Part shown: positions 12,826 to 25,003 of the stretch, one piece after another
Layout: each line of letters opens with the position of its first letter
Numbering within the stretch: position 1 is the first letter of the stretch
NCBI RefSeq assembly: GCF_001194135.2
Contig: NC_068986.1
Span: forward strand, 74,505,720-74,569,719
Source: Octopus bimaculoides
Taxonomy: Eukaryota
Reading direction: 5' to 3'
Length of the DNA: 64,000 nt
The notes under the pieces: model-generated
Database searches by the model: none
What the model was told of the DNA's origin: nothing
Seen by the model: the letters and a program-made list of their open reading frames with translations, nothing else
Translations under genes and position numbers: made by a program

Positions 12826-13018
12826 ACTTTGGATATAAGGCCAGCAATTTCAAAGAGAGGTGGTGTTGATTAAATTGATACTAGTACATGAAATACTTTT
12901 TTATCAATTCCAAGGGGATGAAAGACAAAGTTGACCTCAAGGGGATTCTGAAGATGTGTTAACTAGGTAATGTAAGGTCTTTTGTCTAACATTCTGACAA
13001 GTCTACTAATCCATCAAC
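12826..13018 (-). mobile_element. SINE family A, strongly decayed, in last PLEKHH intron
   Basis: aaggccagcaatttc...ggatgaaagacaaagttgacctc. Confidence 0.65.
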
Positions 13019-13126
13019 CTGATGCTTGATGATGATGATGTTGATGAGGGTGGTATCGATATTTTGATGTGATACTATAAAATGATGTAAACCTCATGTC
13101 TAAAACTGATTTCCTTTTACTTCCAG

Positions 13127-13210
13127 ATCCTTGAATTAAGTCTATTAATCGCTAGTTACATCAACAGTCGTCTACAACACCCATCTCCAGACAGTGCCGA
13201 CGATATATAA
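13127..13210 (+). CDS. PLEKHH2: Terminal coding exon of PLEKHH1/2 ortholog
   Basis: Acceptor ttccttttacttccag|ATC; phase 0. Encodes ILELSLLIASYINSRLQHPSPDSADDI*, continuing the PLEKHH motif KPK|ILEITLLIASYIN; TAA at 13208-13210. Confidence 0.93.
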   Translation: MLELSLLIASYINSRLQHPSPDSADDI

Positions 13211-13240
13211 CCAACCATCTAGCTCTTTCTCTTCCTGTGT

Positions 13241-13246
13241 AATAAA
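13241..13246 (+). promoter_or_regulatory. Candidate proximal polyadenylation signal of the PLEKHH gene
   Basis: AATAAA 30 nt after the stop. AT-rich DNA makes chance occurrence likely; another AATAAA lies at ~13803. Confidence 0.35.
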
Positions 13247-14444
13247 ATTCATCACTTGCCCTTCGATTCCTGAAGCTTCCGATATTTTATCCAATACACG
13301 AAACAATGATTAAAAAGAAAAAAAAATTGAAAAAAAAACACCATGAAAGAAGTTCCTGTAACTTCCTGCAAAACAGTTCTTCTCCAATGACAGATTCATT
13401 GGTTTGTACCATGACCTATTTAGGGTCCTTAAGAGGCCCTTGATGAGATACTTTTACAGTCCATTACATCCTGGTGGAATCCATTTCTCTCCTAGCAGAT
13501 ACATTCAGCATTTGGTTAATATAAAACGGGTTTCCCCAAGTGTCCACACATCAGCTTGCAATCCTGGAACAGCGATATAATAGTGGTGAGATAATGAGCA
13601 CCATTTCCAGTGCCAATCAACCATTTGACATTTAATGTATATAGACAATACATACATCAAACATACATGCATACATATATGCATATATATATATATATAT
13701 ATATACACATACACACATATATGTATATCCATCTCTTCAGTTTTTGTCATTTTAGTTCATACGTTCCATTGCAGACATTTTTTTCTTGATAGGATCCAAG
13801 AAAATAAAAGGAAGAAATAATACCAAACAAAAAACAGAGACTATTTTTGCTTTGAAAGATTGCCTATTGAAGGACACTCTATTCGTATCAAGTTTTATAA
13901 TTATATAATCAAGAAATACCATTCTTTCAGTTTTTCTCTCTGTCTATTTATCTATCTATCTATCTGTCTCTTTACTTTCTCTCTTCCAGTAAGAGACAGA
14001 AGGCATCAAACGGAATGAAAACAATATATTCTTATATTGAGATTCTAAATATCAGAGAGCAATATCTTTAAAAATAATCTGTGTTCTTCTATGTTTAGCA
14101 TCCAATTGATGATTAAGGTTTGTTCTGAAGTTTACAGCAGAAACATAACAAGAGAAGAAAAATAATAATTATAAAAAAAAAAGAAAACCAAATGGAGAAT
14201 ACTGATTAAATAAATAGTTATATATATATATATGCATGCACACACACAGACACACACACATGCATGAACGCGCACACACACATACATGCATGCATGCACA
14301 CACATATATATGCTTAGATATTATATACATATATATATAAAATTTAGGATATATTAGGTACATATGTGATGCATACACACACACATATGCTTAGGTGTGT
14401 ATTGTGTGTGTGAATATGCACATCTAGACATGGTTCATATATAT

Positions 14445-14473
14445 ATATAGATACATATGTATATATGTGTATG

Positions 14474-14560
<87 letters not shown>
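14445..14560. repeat. (TA)n microsatellite
   Basis: Long uninterrupted TA run at ~14478-14557 within a TA/CA-rich tract spanning 14200-15250. Confidence 0.95.
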
Positions 14561-15520
14561 ATATATATTACATGAGCTTGTTTAGAAATGAACAGAATTA
14601 GCACTCAATACATCGAATAGAGTTTGTGTTTATTTTGGATCAATATTCAATTCACTCCATTGTATCTCAGAGTTAACCACTACTGCCATAGAGCTCTGCA
14701 CCTGCAGTTGGCTTTTACTTGTGTACAGCACCTTGAGTAACAATGGAATATATTAGCAACTGGTTATGTGTATGGGTTTGCTTATTTAAGTACAGGCTAA
14801 GGTTATGTGTATATGTGTGTGTGTGTATACACATGCATGCATATATATCTATGTATATATGCATGTATGTATATGTGTGCATATATGTATAAATGTGTTA
14901 GTACTTATGTATATGAGGGAATATATTAAATATATATAAAAATATATGTACATACATATGCATACATGTACAGACACACACACATGGATACTTTATATAT
15001 ACATACATGTATGTATGTGTATAATTTTGTCTATATAGTTATAGATATACATACAGTGACATGTAATATGCATACATATATGTACATTATTTACATGTAC
15101 TTTTAAATCATATTATTTGTATTATTTATATATACATATCACAGGTAAATCATTTATATATGTGCATCAAATATATATTATATCTCTATATTGATATCTT
15201 GTGATATACATATATATATATTGTATGTTATATACTTAATTTGTACAAGACAAAAGAATGTAGTTTGAAATTACATCATCTTTACATGTATGTGTGTGAT
15301 GATTACCTAATGAATATTTAAAAGTAATTTCATTTAATCCTTAAATCCAATGTACAAGTCAGTTTATCAGCAGTGTTATGCTAATAAACTATGTATAATA
15401 TGTGTTTATAGTTGACCAGATGTTAAAAAAATATAGGCAATAGATAATTTCTCTACTGCCAAATATATTTTCAAGCATTTTTACAACTATAAACACTCAT
15501 CAATATATGTATTCATCAAA

Positions 15521-15736
15521 GATGGCGAGTTGGCAGTATCGTTAGTATTGCCAAACAAAATGCTGGTGGCATTTTGTCTGGCAATGTCCATCTTTATGTT
15601 TTGAGTTCAAATTCTGCTGAGGTCGATTTTGCCTTTCATCCTTTCGGAGTTGATAAAATAAGTACCAGTTGATTTCTGGGGGTGTCAATGTAATCAACTT
15701 TGTACCCCTCTAAATTGTTGGCCTTATGCCAAAATA
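15521..15736 (+). mobile_element. SINE family A, CpG-decayed
   Basis: gatggcgagttggcagtatcgttag...gagttcaaattc...tttgcctttcatcctttcgg...aaattgttggccttatgccaaaa. Confidence 0.85.
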
Positions 15737-17240
15737 AATAATAAATACACACGGTTATCATTATAAAACTTCTAACAAAGTGACTTGTATGATGGATTTT
15801 GAAAAATTAATTTTGTGTAATCATTAAGTTATTGTCACTGAAACACATGTAATGATGACATGCATAAATTCACACTGTTCTCTTGTTACATACTATTTAT
15901 TCATGCTTCATGATCATTATTGCCAGCAAACCTTAATATGAGATTATCTGTGAAATAATATGGATTTTCTTTTTACCCATCTGTTATGATAAATATTGGG
16001 AAATATGATATAAATATCTGTTCATATGTATATATACATATATATCTATATATCTGTATGTATGTCGAGATACATGTGTGTGTGTGTGTGTGTGTTTATA
16101 TACTTCTATACACATATTGATGTAGTATATATATAAATAAATACATACATACATATATGTATGTATATCAAATAGTCCATTTGAGACAATATAGGCCTGC
16201 ATTTGAAAGGAAAAAATACGATTTTCAGATGAGCATCAAATTTTTCTTTCTCAAAAAAAAGAAAAACATACAAGAAAATCAGGATAGATATGAAAATCTG
16301 TCACTTTTGCAAAAAAACTAAGGAAGGTTGCATGTATATATATATAGGTAAAAAATTAAGGAGTGCATGCGTTACATAAATAATATTTTTAGGATTAAAT
16401 AAAAGGACAAATCCTGAAAATATATATATATATATATATGTATATATTTTTAGGATTAAATAAAAGGACAAATCCTGAATATGTGTGTGTGTGTGTATTT
16501 ATTTGGAAAAGGAATAGAAATAGAAATAGCTTTCAAATATATAATACTGTACCACAGACTTTCTGTTTCTAATTCTAGTATATGTATGTATATATATGTG
16601 TATGTGTGTATATCTACATATCTACCTACCAATCTCTCTCTCTTCCTCTTTCTCCATATATATATATGTATATGCACACACACACACGAAGAAAATATCA
16701 TAAAAGTTAAGATTGAAAGATATATCAATTTATAGAATTGTACTAAATGGTAGACCACATTCAAGAATATCAGTTAGCTTATATTTTTTCACACTAGTTA
16801 TTTTCATTCCTTATATTCTGTATTTGCTGTCATTTTTTCCTTTCTTTGCATCATATTCATTCTCTGCCAGGAACTAAGAAAAACAGCTTTCCTAACTAAT
16901 ATTAAGATGTAAGGAACTGAAGCCCTTATTACATTTCTAACTGACCATTCAAAACTAGAATATTTTTCGTTTACATCTTGTTTGTTTTTTCGGCCTTTTA
17001 TTTTTTTTCAGTTTTGTTTGGGAAAAGTTCGTTTATTGTCTGAAAATTACTTAGTCTTTAAGCATGAATCCTGAAGTAATAGTATATTATCTTTATTGGA
17101 CTATATCATATACATACATACATATGTATCGCTCTCATTCTTCACATGTATTGAGTAACCTATTTCTGGTCATATAAACACCTATTACTTTACACACACA
17201 CACACACACACGCGCATGCATGCACACATACATATATTTA

Positions 17241-17401
17241 GGAAGTTAAAAGTTATGGTAAGTCGTAGAGTGACGATTGATTTTGCACCTATAAAACATT
17301 CAGCAGTATAGGCCTTCAGCCATTTGACTGATGAGTGACCTATAATGTTAGGCGCTTTATAGACACAAAACCAATGGTCACTATGATAACTTTTAACTTC
17401 C
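17241..17401. mobile_element. Palindromic MITE-like foldback element
   Basis: Begins ggaagttaaaagttat, ends ataacttttaacttcc (16 bp perfect IR). Imperfect arm pairing continues to a central tatagg...cctata; TA at both flanks. Confidence 0.8.
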
Positions 17402-18004
17402 TAAACAAATATATTGCTCTAATGCTTTAGAGTGTGCTTCTTTTTCAGATATATGAACAACAGACCCTATATATATATATGTGTGTGTTTGTATACACAC
17501 ACACTTGTAAGCATTTTCTTTTGTATCATAACATTAAAAAAAAAATCATGTAAGAAGGAGATATAATTTGGAAACTTAACACCCCTTTTGTTATGGGAAT
17601 TGTAAAAGTGCTATAGACATGACAAACAAATGAGAATAGTATGCATATATCGGTCTGGTTTATTGGTTTAAAAGGATGGTTATTGTTCTTTTTTTAACCT
17701 TATCCAAATTAAAGATTATCGCCAACTATCAGCGAGCGGTATTTTGCTTTTTATGATAAGGTCATAAAATTAAAAGATCTTATACAAAAACTACTTGATT
17801 GTTCTGTTATATCACTATGTTGTCTATTTGTTGTTATGTTTTTTTTTTCATATTCCACACCATGTGACATGTTCCCTCTGTTTTCTTTCTTACGTTTGAT
17901 TATAATCGCCATTGTATCATTCAAATATTTCATACTTCATTTGTCCATGATTTTAATTTTTACACCCCAATAATTTGAACTATCTACCTACCTTTGACAG
18001 GGTT

Positions 18005-19030
18005 CCCTGCTTCCTTGTCTGGTGGGCAGTGCTGAGCTGGGGATAGATGAGTGCTTGGTGAGAACTGTACAAGCCATGAACAGGGATGTTCTCAGTAAGG
18101 TGGAAGTTGGCAAAGAGTGTAGCAAGGAATTTAGTGTACCAGTAGGAGTTCACCAAGGATTGGTTCTCCACCCTATCTTGTTTATCATAGTTCTCCAGGA
18201 ATTTAAAACTGGCTGCCCTTTGGAGCTCCTCTACGCTGATGACCATTAATATAGCAAAGGCTAAAGTCCCTATAAATGAGAAAACAGAAAAATCCCTGAT
18301 CCCTTCAGGGTGATGGTCCTACTCGATATGTAGAAAGGTGTTGGTAGAAACTTCATACTGGTACCCAGTGCAAGCTATGGTCAAGTAAGAGATGCAGTGG
18401 TATCAAAATATGGTTAACAGAGAAAGTAATGCTTATGTGCGGCAGATGTGCAGGAAACAGACTCCCTCAAATATCGGGTAGGATCCTTAGAAATAGCAGA
18501 TAGTTTCCATTACTTAGGTGACCAAGTTAGCTGTGGAGATGAGGCTCTGACAGCGTAGTTTCTAGAATAAGAACAAGCTGGGTAAAATTTAGAGAGCTTC
18601 TACCTTTGTTGGTATCTAAGGGCCTGTCCCTCAGAGTGAAAGGCTAATTGTATGATGTCTGTGTATGAACAGCTATGCCACTTGGCAGTGAGATATGGGC
18701 TGTGACTATTGAAGACATGCAAAAGCTTGAAAGAAATGAAGTCAGTATGCTCCCCTCGATGGGTAATGTTAATGGGCGTGTACGACAGGATGTAAATGAT
18801 TAAAAGGAAAATTGGGTATAAGAGTCATCAGATGTAGTGCGCAAGAGAGAAGACTACACTGGTATGGTTATGTGATGCATATGGATGAGGGCAGCTGCAT
18901 TAAGAATCGTCGATCGCTAATTGTGGACGTGGGACAAAATGGGGAAAAACGATCTTCAGAGAGATGACAATGGACCGCGATTCCTGGCGATTTGCTGTAC
19001 TTGAAAAAACACGTCAGACTAAGTAAAGTC
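18005..19030 (+). mobile_element. RTE-clade LINE fragment (RT domain to 3' end), pseudogenised
   Basis: GVHQGLVLHPILFIIVL and LLYADD; downstream frames FHYLGDQVS, SWVKFRELLPLL, RRLHWYGYVMHMD. Confidence 0.9.
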
Positions 19031-19039
19031 GTGACTATC

Positions 19040-19380
19040 TATACATACAGGCATGTCCCTCTGTCAGTAGAGAGGTCCTTGTCTTGCGGGCTCGCGGGTG
19101 CTGGTTTCACATAAAATCACCCATGCTTGTAACGGTGCTACGTAAGAAGTACTTGTATCGGTGTCATGTGGAAAAGCGCCCATTAGAGGCCATTTAAAAA
19201 GCTTTTGTATCACTTGATAGGCACCCAACACACACTGTAAAATGGATGGTGTTAGGAAGAGCATCCAGTCATAGAAACCATGCCATAACAGACAACTGGA
19301 GCCCAAGTAACTCTTGTGTTGCCCAGCGCTGTCAGACCGTCCAACCCATGCCAGCATGGAAAACGGCGGTTAAATGATGA
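19040..19380 (+). mobile_element. RTE-type 3' tail fragment
   Basis: gttaggaagagcatccagtcatagaaacc...ccaacccatgccagcatggaaaacggcggttaaatgatga. Confidence 0.7.
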
Positions 19381-19479
19381 TAATAATTCGTTTTTATATA
19401 TATATATATATACGCGCACACACACACACACACACAGAGGCTAAATTTGGCGATTTTTATGTCTCCTTTCAGGAATAGC

Positions 19480-20322
19480 TTGATATGTTGGTGAACATTC
19501 TGCAGCATTGGAGAGCATATAGAATAAAGTTGAAGATTAAGAAAAGTTTGCTAATGTAGAGGACTGGAAGTCATCTTAATATTGGAAAAGAGTTACTTGT
19601 ATCATGGTGATTCGTGCCAAGTATCAAAATGCCGACATCAACATCATAACTGCTACTCAGTGCTCTGTAAACACTGTAAACCCTATAAGGTGTGACATGG
19701 ACAGCTGCAACTGCGACTACGAAGCTGTGGCTAGCAGGAAGGTGATAGTTTTTGTGTGTGTCTCCAGTGACGGTGCTGTTTGAACAGAATCTTACGCTCC
19801 ATTCAGATGGTTATGAAAAGCTATTAGAGAGTGTGGTCAAATCTTGGCTGGAGAAGGTTGCAGCTGGAAAGCCATATGTGTGGTAGCAGGATTCGGCTCC
19901 TTGCTATAGCCTCTGGAGATAGTCTGACGTGGTTGTCTGAGAATTTCTGCGATTCCACCAGCCTCAATTTCTGGCCTCCTAATTTCCCCGTTTGTAATTC
20001 CACGGTTTACCGTGTGTGGGGCTTGGTTGGGAAATACACTAACTGCCCTGCCTGCAACACCAAGGCTGAGCTGATAAACAAGACCAACACCAAGATCAAG
20101 AAGGGGTTCAAAGATCTTCCCGAGCACACAGTAAATAGCGCATGTGCCAAATTTTAGAGTCGTCTTGGGGTTGTGGTGAAGGCTCAGGGTGGTTACTTTG
20201 CATAAACTGCCATCTCCCGGCCTTGTTGATATTTTTGATTTTTTTTTTCAAATACATTTATCATTGGATTTGTTATTTTATTTTCCTTTTATGCAAACTG
20301 TCAAATTAAACTCGAATACTGT
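19480..20322 (+). mobile_element. maT/DD37D-like Tc1-mariner transposase remnant
   Basis: LESVVKSWLEKVAAGKPYVW*QDSAPCY, WLSENF...FWPPNFPVCNSTVYRVWGLV, SACAKF*SRLGVVVKAQGGYF; left TIR not convincing. Confidence 0.8.
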
Positions 20323-20334
20323 GTACATACATAC

Positions 20335-21050
20335 ATGAAAACCCATAATGAGGTAAAGGCCATTACCACTCACAATATGAAAGAATATTGGTGGAATGTC
20401 CCAATAAAAACCTCAAGAAAATGCAGACATAACAGACCGGATATAGTAATCTGGGACAGAGAAGAAAAACTGTGTACAATAGTAGAAATCAGCTGTCCTG
20501 CGGATGTCAACATCACACTAAAGTTTAGAGAAAAAGTGAACAACTACGCCGAGCTACTGAGAAATTTGCAGATACTCCACCCAGACTACAAGTTCAGATT
20601 CATACCCGTGATTGTTGGGGCATTGGGATATGTAACGAACTGCCTCAACAAAAACCTGGAAAAATTAGGGTTCTCAAAAGATGAAAGAAAAAGGCTGATT
20701 AGAAGACTACAGATTCAAGCCATCAATGGAACTGTAAAGATTTGTAAAACTTTCCAAAAGTTTAGCACATAAATACATATGCATGCATCAAGACATGAAA
20801 ATATATACATAAAAACGCATCCATAAAGCAAACATACAAATCTGCACATAAATACGTATGCATACGCCTAGACATGAAAATATATACGTAAAAACGCATC
20901 CATAAAACAAACATAGAAATCTGCGCATACACTAACACCAAATACTGCACACACGCACATATGCACAAATACCTGGATGATGTTGATAAAAGTTCCAATG
21001 AAGGAGCCTTGGATCTATGCTAGAGTCCGTCTCTTTCTCTATTGACAACA
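20335..21050 (+). mobile_element. 5'-truncated non-LTR retrotransposon with restriction-like endonuclease (R4/Dong/NeSL-like); intact 145-codon C-terminus plus 3' UTR
   Basis: RHNRPDIVIWD...IVEISCPAD...EKVNNY...IPVIVGALG is a PD-(D/E)xK RLE motif; stop at 20772; 3' UTR has a ~79 bp tandem duplication (20794-20930). Confidence 0.88.
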
Positions 21051-21466
21051 AATACAAAAATGAAACTCATTGATAACATACACACAACGTATCTTGCATG
21101 GGTAAAGAGATGTACAAATGCTACCGTTAAGTAAACAGCTTACGGTATAGATTACCATCATCAGGTCTACTAGCAGTGTCGTAATTAAATAACTACTATG
21201 CTGAGTGATATTACTAGTTATGAAACGCAGAACATATCGGAGAAATTTTGACATCCAATGCAGAGATCCAAACAACCACGATGGAAAAATGTATTTACGA
21301 AGAAATAACCTAAAGTTGTTTGTCGCCTCTTCTCTCTCTCTCTATTAAATATATATATATATATAANNNNNNNNNNNNNNNNNNNNNNNNNNNNNNNNNN
21401 NNNNNNNNNNNNNNNNNNNNNNNNNNNNNNNNNNNNNNNNNNNNNNNNNNNNNNNNNNNNNNNNNN

Positions 21467-21600
21467 TTACATGATTTAAGGAGGATTGCTGGGAAACCAT
21501 CAGGGCCAGCAGTTGATATTGTGTCCATTTCATGTATAGCTAGTAGTACATCTTGCAAACCAACTAAATTATTTGAAGTTAACTATATACTGCAGCACAT
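21467..21600 (-). mobile_element. CR1/L2/Jockey-group RT N-terminal fragment
   Basis: QDVLLAIHEMDTISTAGPDGFPAILLKSC contains the typical (S/A)AGPDG motif; truncated by a gap. Confidence 0.6.
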
Positions 21601-21782
21601 ATACTCCTTTAGTCATGTAATGTACATGAAGCAGAAATGATACAAATCCTTAACATTGTTCTTAAAGACTATGGTACAAAGTTAAATTTAAACAGCGCTT
21701 CTAACATTCTGAAATTTACATAAGAAGCAATCATCTGAAATTGGAAATAACGCACTGATGATTTTCAATATTACGTAAGTAA

Positions 21783-21980
21783 GATGGCGAGCTAGTATAA
21801 TCATTATCACGCCGGGCAAAATGCTTAGCTGCATTCTGTCCGTCTTTATGTTATGAGTTCAAATTCCGCTGAGGGCGACTCTTTTTAACTATTCCGGGGT
21901 CGATCAGTTAAGCACTGGGGTCGATGTAATCGACTTACCACATCCCTCAAAATTGCTGACCTTGTGACAAAATTTGAAAC
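21783..21980 (+). mobile_element. SINE family A
   Basis: gatggcgagctagtataatcattatcacgccgggcaaaatgcttag...gtcgatgtaatcgac...aaattgctgaccttgtgacaaaatttgaaac. Confidence 0.88.
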
Positions 21981-21984
21981 AAAT

Positions 21985-22150
21985 AAGAAAGAGATCTTCA
22001 AGAGATGTAAAGTATAATCTTAATAAATAAACAATTGCTTAAGCACAAAATCAGAAATCATCAACAAATGTCACCATAAAGTGTATGATCATACCAGCAA
22101 CGAAGTGACTGAATCAACATGTCGCTATTTACGAGGACAACACTATACAT
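21985..22150 (+). mobile_element. Possible Penelope-like element C-terminal remnant
   Basis: NCLSTKSEIINKCHHK (~22033) resembles the PLE ORF end LNxRSELISKCRH. Confidence 0.4.
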
Positions 22151-22298
22151 TTTATGACTTACCAAAAACTATCACATCTTTTCTTGTATGTTTAACAACA
22201 TATATTCTCTGATTCTATTAAAAAAAAAAAAATCTCTTTGGCATTCTTAATAGCGAAATAGATCAATAAAATCACTCATTATTTTCCCATTTAGTATA

Positions 22299-22331
<33 letters not shown>

Positions 22332-22793
22332 ATCTCATAAATACGCTGTGTATCGTTCCATGCTTACTTCTAAATAGTCTTTTATTTGACTCCCAACGAA
22401 ATTTCTGTTATTCTAAGTTTCCTTCACCCAGCCACATTTAATCATTCCACACAGCCATTTGTTTTATGTTCCTTCAATCTTTACTGCTATAACCCAAGGG
22501 AAGTAAATCACTCGTAACTTATTTGTATGGATTATGCCCTTTAAAAACTGATTTTGTTTTTACTTCTGCGACAGAAGAATTTCTGCAAATATACTGCCGA
22601 TATTTTTGTGATAATTTCAGACTATTGTATGGTGGATGCTTAGCATTGAACAAGTATGAAAATCGAAGTCACCACATATTAACTTTACTTATTAGAGATC
22701 ACTAGAATGGTTAACTAGTGTTCCTATTAACCCCACCAAACATTCATATGGTGTGTGTGTGTGTATGTGCGTGCGTGCAAGAGCATATAGATA

Positions 22794-22952
22794 GGCACAG
22801 GCGTGGTTATGTGGTAAGTAGCTTGCTCCCAACCACATGGTTCCGGGTTCAGTCCCACTACATGGAACCTAGAGCAAGTGTCTTCCACTATAGCCTCAGG
22901 CCGACCAAAGCCTTGTGAGTGGATTTGGTAGACGGAAACTGAAAGAAGCCTG

Positions 22953-22955
<3 letters not shown>
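22794..22955 (+). mobile_element. SINE family B head (runs into (GT)n and a gap)
   Basis: ggcgtggttatgtggtaagtagcttgctcccaaccacatggttccgggttcagtccc. Confidence 0.88.
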
Positions 22956-22997
<42 letters not shown>

Positions 22998-23289
22998 NNN
23001 NNNNNNNNNNNNNNNNNNNNNNNNNNNNNNNNNNNNNNNNNNNNNNNNNNNNNNNNNNNNNNNNNNNNNNNNNNNNNNNNNNNNNNNNNNNNNNNNNNNN
23101 NNNNNNNNNNNNNNNNNNNNNNNNNNNNNNNNNNNNNNNNNNNNNNNNNNNNNNNNNNNNNNNNNNNNNNNNNNNNNNNNNNNNNNNNNNNNNNNNNNNN
23201 NNNNNNNNNNNNNNNNNNNNNNNNNNNNNNNNNNNNNNNNNNNNNNNNNNNNNNNNNNNNNNNNNNNNNNNNNNNNNNNNNNNNNNNNN

Positions 23290-23334
<45 letters not shown>

Positions 23335-23538
23335 CGTTTTACTTGTTTCAGTCATCATCTTGTGACCTTGATGGGGCACCGCCTTGAAGAATTTTTAGTC
23401 GAATGAATCGACCCCCGAGCATAATTTTTTTAAAACCCTGTATTCTAATTCTATCGGCGTCTTTCACCAGCTTGCTAAGTTACGGACTCGTAAACAAACC
23501 AGCAGCGATTGTCAAATGGCGACAAGGACAAACACACA

Positions 23539-23577
<39 letters not shown>

Positions 23578-23752
23578 TCACACACTCACACACACACACA
23601 CACTCACATACATGTGTATATATATCCGACGGGTTTCTCTCAGTTTCCGTCTACCAAATATCCTCACAAGATTTTAGTCGGCCCGAGGCTATAGTAGAAG
23701 ACACTTGCCCAAAGCGCCACACACAAGAACTGAACCCGGAACCAACCCAGCA
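23335..23752 (-). mobile_element. SINE family B
   Basis: ttttacttgtttcagtca...cagtttccgtctaccaaat...ggcccgaggctatagtagaagacacttgcccaa is the reverse complement of family B. Confidence 0.85.
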
Positions 23753-24309
23753 ACACCTGGGATACACATGAATTTCAGGTAAAATTTGGAACACTAGTTA
23801 ACGACTATCGAAGAAAGGTCCGAGTAATCTAAACTGATAAGAATTAATATTTATTTATTGAATAGTTACGCTACAATTTGCTGTGTGTTTCGATTTTGCG
23901 AACCTGTCTAACGAACGTTAAAATATGGCATGAAAAATTGGAACTGGCATCAGCGAAAATGAAGGAGGAAAAGCAATTCAAATCCGAATGAGGAAATTTT
24001 TGGAAATGGAAAGAAAAAGGAGAGAAATTAGAAAAAATTATGGAAGAATATAAATTCATGTAAAGGTGATGAAAACAAAGCAAAGTGAAGTGGTCGGTAA
24101 ATGAAACTGTGTGAGTCAGTGGAAATAAAGAAATTTTGTAACTTATAGTCGAAGTAGAGATTACTGTAGTGAAAAAAAGAAATAGGGAGAAAAGTCAAGA
24201 AAATAACAATGAATTTTAACAAAATATAGCTTCAAAATATAGTGCAGAAAAAAAAACATTCTATAAGGTGGGGAGAAAATAATAAACAACGATAGTTATT
24301 ATATACGGA

Positions 24310-24420
24310 CAAGGCTAGCAATTTTGAGAGGAGTGGGCGAGGTGATTACATCGACACTAATATTTGACTGGTACTTTATTTCATCGAGTCTGAAAAGATG
24401 AAAGGCAAAGTCAATTTCGG
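24310..24420 (-). mobile_element. SINE family A, partial
   Basis: caaggctagcaatttt...gattacatcgac...gatgaaaggcaaagtcaa. Confidence 0.7.
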
Positions 24421-24759
24421 TGGGTCCATCATTGGTAAAACCAATGAAGGTCGAAATCACGTGATCTGGTGGTTTTGGTGCTAGAGATGGCGGGAATTTA
24501 TTTCCCTGCTAGCAATATAAACAGGAATGCATTTTGCACCAAAAGCCACTAAGAAAGTTTCTTTCATAGTATCTCATACAGTATGGTTTGTTCTAAAAGA
24601 TTATCTATGGGATATATATTACCTCTCAGTACTAATACTGCCTCTGTCGCTAATATACGAATATGTAAAGGGCTGGAAGAAATACCGCCAAACATTTTGC
24701 CCACAAGCGATTCTGCCAGCTTATTACCTTAAACATAATTACGATAACATTTTCTACTA

Positions 24760-24965
24760 TTGGCACGAGGCTTGACATTTTAATGGGATTGAGTAAGTCA
24801 ATTATATCAACCCGAGTACTTATCTCCGACTTATTTTATCGACCTTGAAGTGCTGAAGGGCAAAGTCAACTACAGTGGAATTTGAACTCGGAATGTAAAG
24901 ATCTAGAATAAATATCGCCTAGCAGTTTGTCCAATCGTACTAACGATTCTACAAGCACGCCCGCC
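24760..24965 (-). mobile_element. SINE family A
   Basis: tattttatcgacc...ggcaaagtcaactacagtggaatttgaactcgga...aacgattct. Confidence 0.78.
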
Positions 24966-25003
24966 TGAATAATAATAATAATAATAATGGTAATAATAAT
25001 AGT

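Noticed and set aside
13366-13580. Stop-free stretch of ~70 codons in the PLEKHH 3' region
   Set aside because: No acceptor or start in context and no recognisable motif; treated as UTR.
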